From Macrostomum lignano (lineage: Eukaryota), in the NCBI GenBank assembly GCA_002269645.1, contig NIVC01000441.1:356406-420405 (forward strand): a DNA stretch of 64,000 bases, read 5' to 3'. Shown piece by piece: positions 63,156 to 64,000 of the stretch (the first letter of the stretch is position 1; each line of letters opens with the position of its first letter). The notes under the pieces are model-generated. The model did no database searches, was not told the origin of the DNA, and saw only the letters and a list, made by a program, of their open reading frames with translations. The position numbers were made by a program, and so were the translations under genes.

Positions 63156-63269
63156 CTGGGCGTGAGTTAATACAGGGAACGAGCTTCTTATAATTTTGAA
63201 AGATTAAAAAACAGCTTTGATAGAAGCGTCTGCCAGTAACAAGTTAGCTATAGAAGTTTTTATCTCCTG

Positions 63270-63540
63270 GGATGCTAGACTTGGTCTCCGGATGGGGCTA
63301 GACTTGGTCTCCGGATGGGCTAGACTTGGTCTCCGGATGGGGCTAGACTTGGTCTCCGGATGGGGCTAGACTTGGTCTCCGGATGGGGCTAGACTTGGTC
63401 TCCGGATGGGGCTAGACTTGGTCTCCGGATGGGGCTAGACTTGGTCTCCGGATGGGGCTAGACTTGGTCTCCGGATGGGGCTAGACTTGGTCTCCGGATG
63501 GGGCTAGACTTGGTCTCCGGATGGGCTAGACTTGGTCTCT
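63270..63540. repeat. 22-23-nt intronic minisatellite (GCTAGACTTGGTCTCCGGATGGG)
   Basis: About 12 copies. Confidence 0.93.
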
Positions 63541-64000
63541 GGAGGGCTAAGTTGTTTATTATGTATAATTAAATTAGCTCGTATATTAATCAAAACAGAG
63601 AATCCATGCACTTTACGGTCGCTCTCGGGCCCCTAAAAATTCGCGCAAATATGCAATGCTGCTGGCACAGCTGAGATTCAAAGCGCAAATGAAAGGCGCA
63701 AGCTTGTCAACAGAGATCGTTGCTACTAAAGTACATTTCTTTTGTTATCGGTAAGACTTGTAAAATTGCGACTCAATACGTTAAACTAATTAGTAAGACT
63801 ACCATCGCCGCTCGCAAACATTTCAATCTGCATTAAGGAGTTATTTTGCAACTCTCAACTGTATGGTCGAACAGATGAAAGAATGGGGAAGCATCGAACC
63901 AGCGACCTTCTCCTTCTAATATCTTTGTCCTTAGACCTTTTGATTGCCTATAGAATTGATAATTAGTTTTTACTAATTATGCGCGCTGATTAAAGAAATC

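Noticed and set aside
7180-63540. Tandem arrays as CRISPR loci
   Set aside because: Units abut directly with no unique spacers, there are no cas genes, and the context is intron-rich eukaryotic DNA.
63870-63940. tRNA gene (GGTTCGA B-box-like on -)
   Set aside because: No cloverleaf can be built; at best a decayed SINE fragment.

Overview
This is a eukaryotic (animal) window with GC-rich exons, GT-AG introns and very dense minisatellites. A flatworm such as Macrostomum is my guess from style only. I rebuilt four genes by hand, checking reading phase at each splice junction. Three are on the + strand in tandem: SLC35B2 (PAPS transporter, 5 exons), CRLS1 (cardiolipin synthase, intronless) and NT5C3 (pyrimidine 5'-nucleotidase, 4 exons). 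On the - strand is the 3' part (about 30 exons, about 2000 codons) of a divergent IP3-receptor-family Ca2+ release channel whose pore motif reads LRFGLIGD instead of the canonical GGGVGD/GGGIGD. Many introns and intergenic gaps carry their own tandem arrays (units 4-45 nt), and these explain most long ORFs in the track. Mobile DNA includes several MITEs, a decayed Tc1/mariner-like element whose inverted repeat seeded a satellite, a Helitron-like element and a LINE 3' fragment. The best leads are the altered channel filter, inverted 7-mer arrays bracketing one channel exon, a coding-like ORF nested in a channel intron, an orphan X-box promoter between convergent genes, and a possible CRLS1-NT5C3 operon. 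I found no rRNA, intact tRNA or CRISPR array. No databases were searched; family calls are from recognised motifs.
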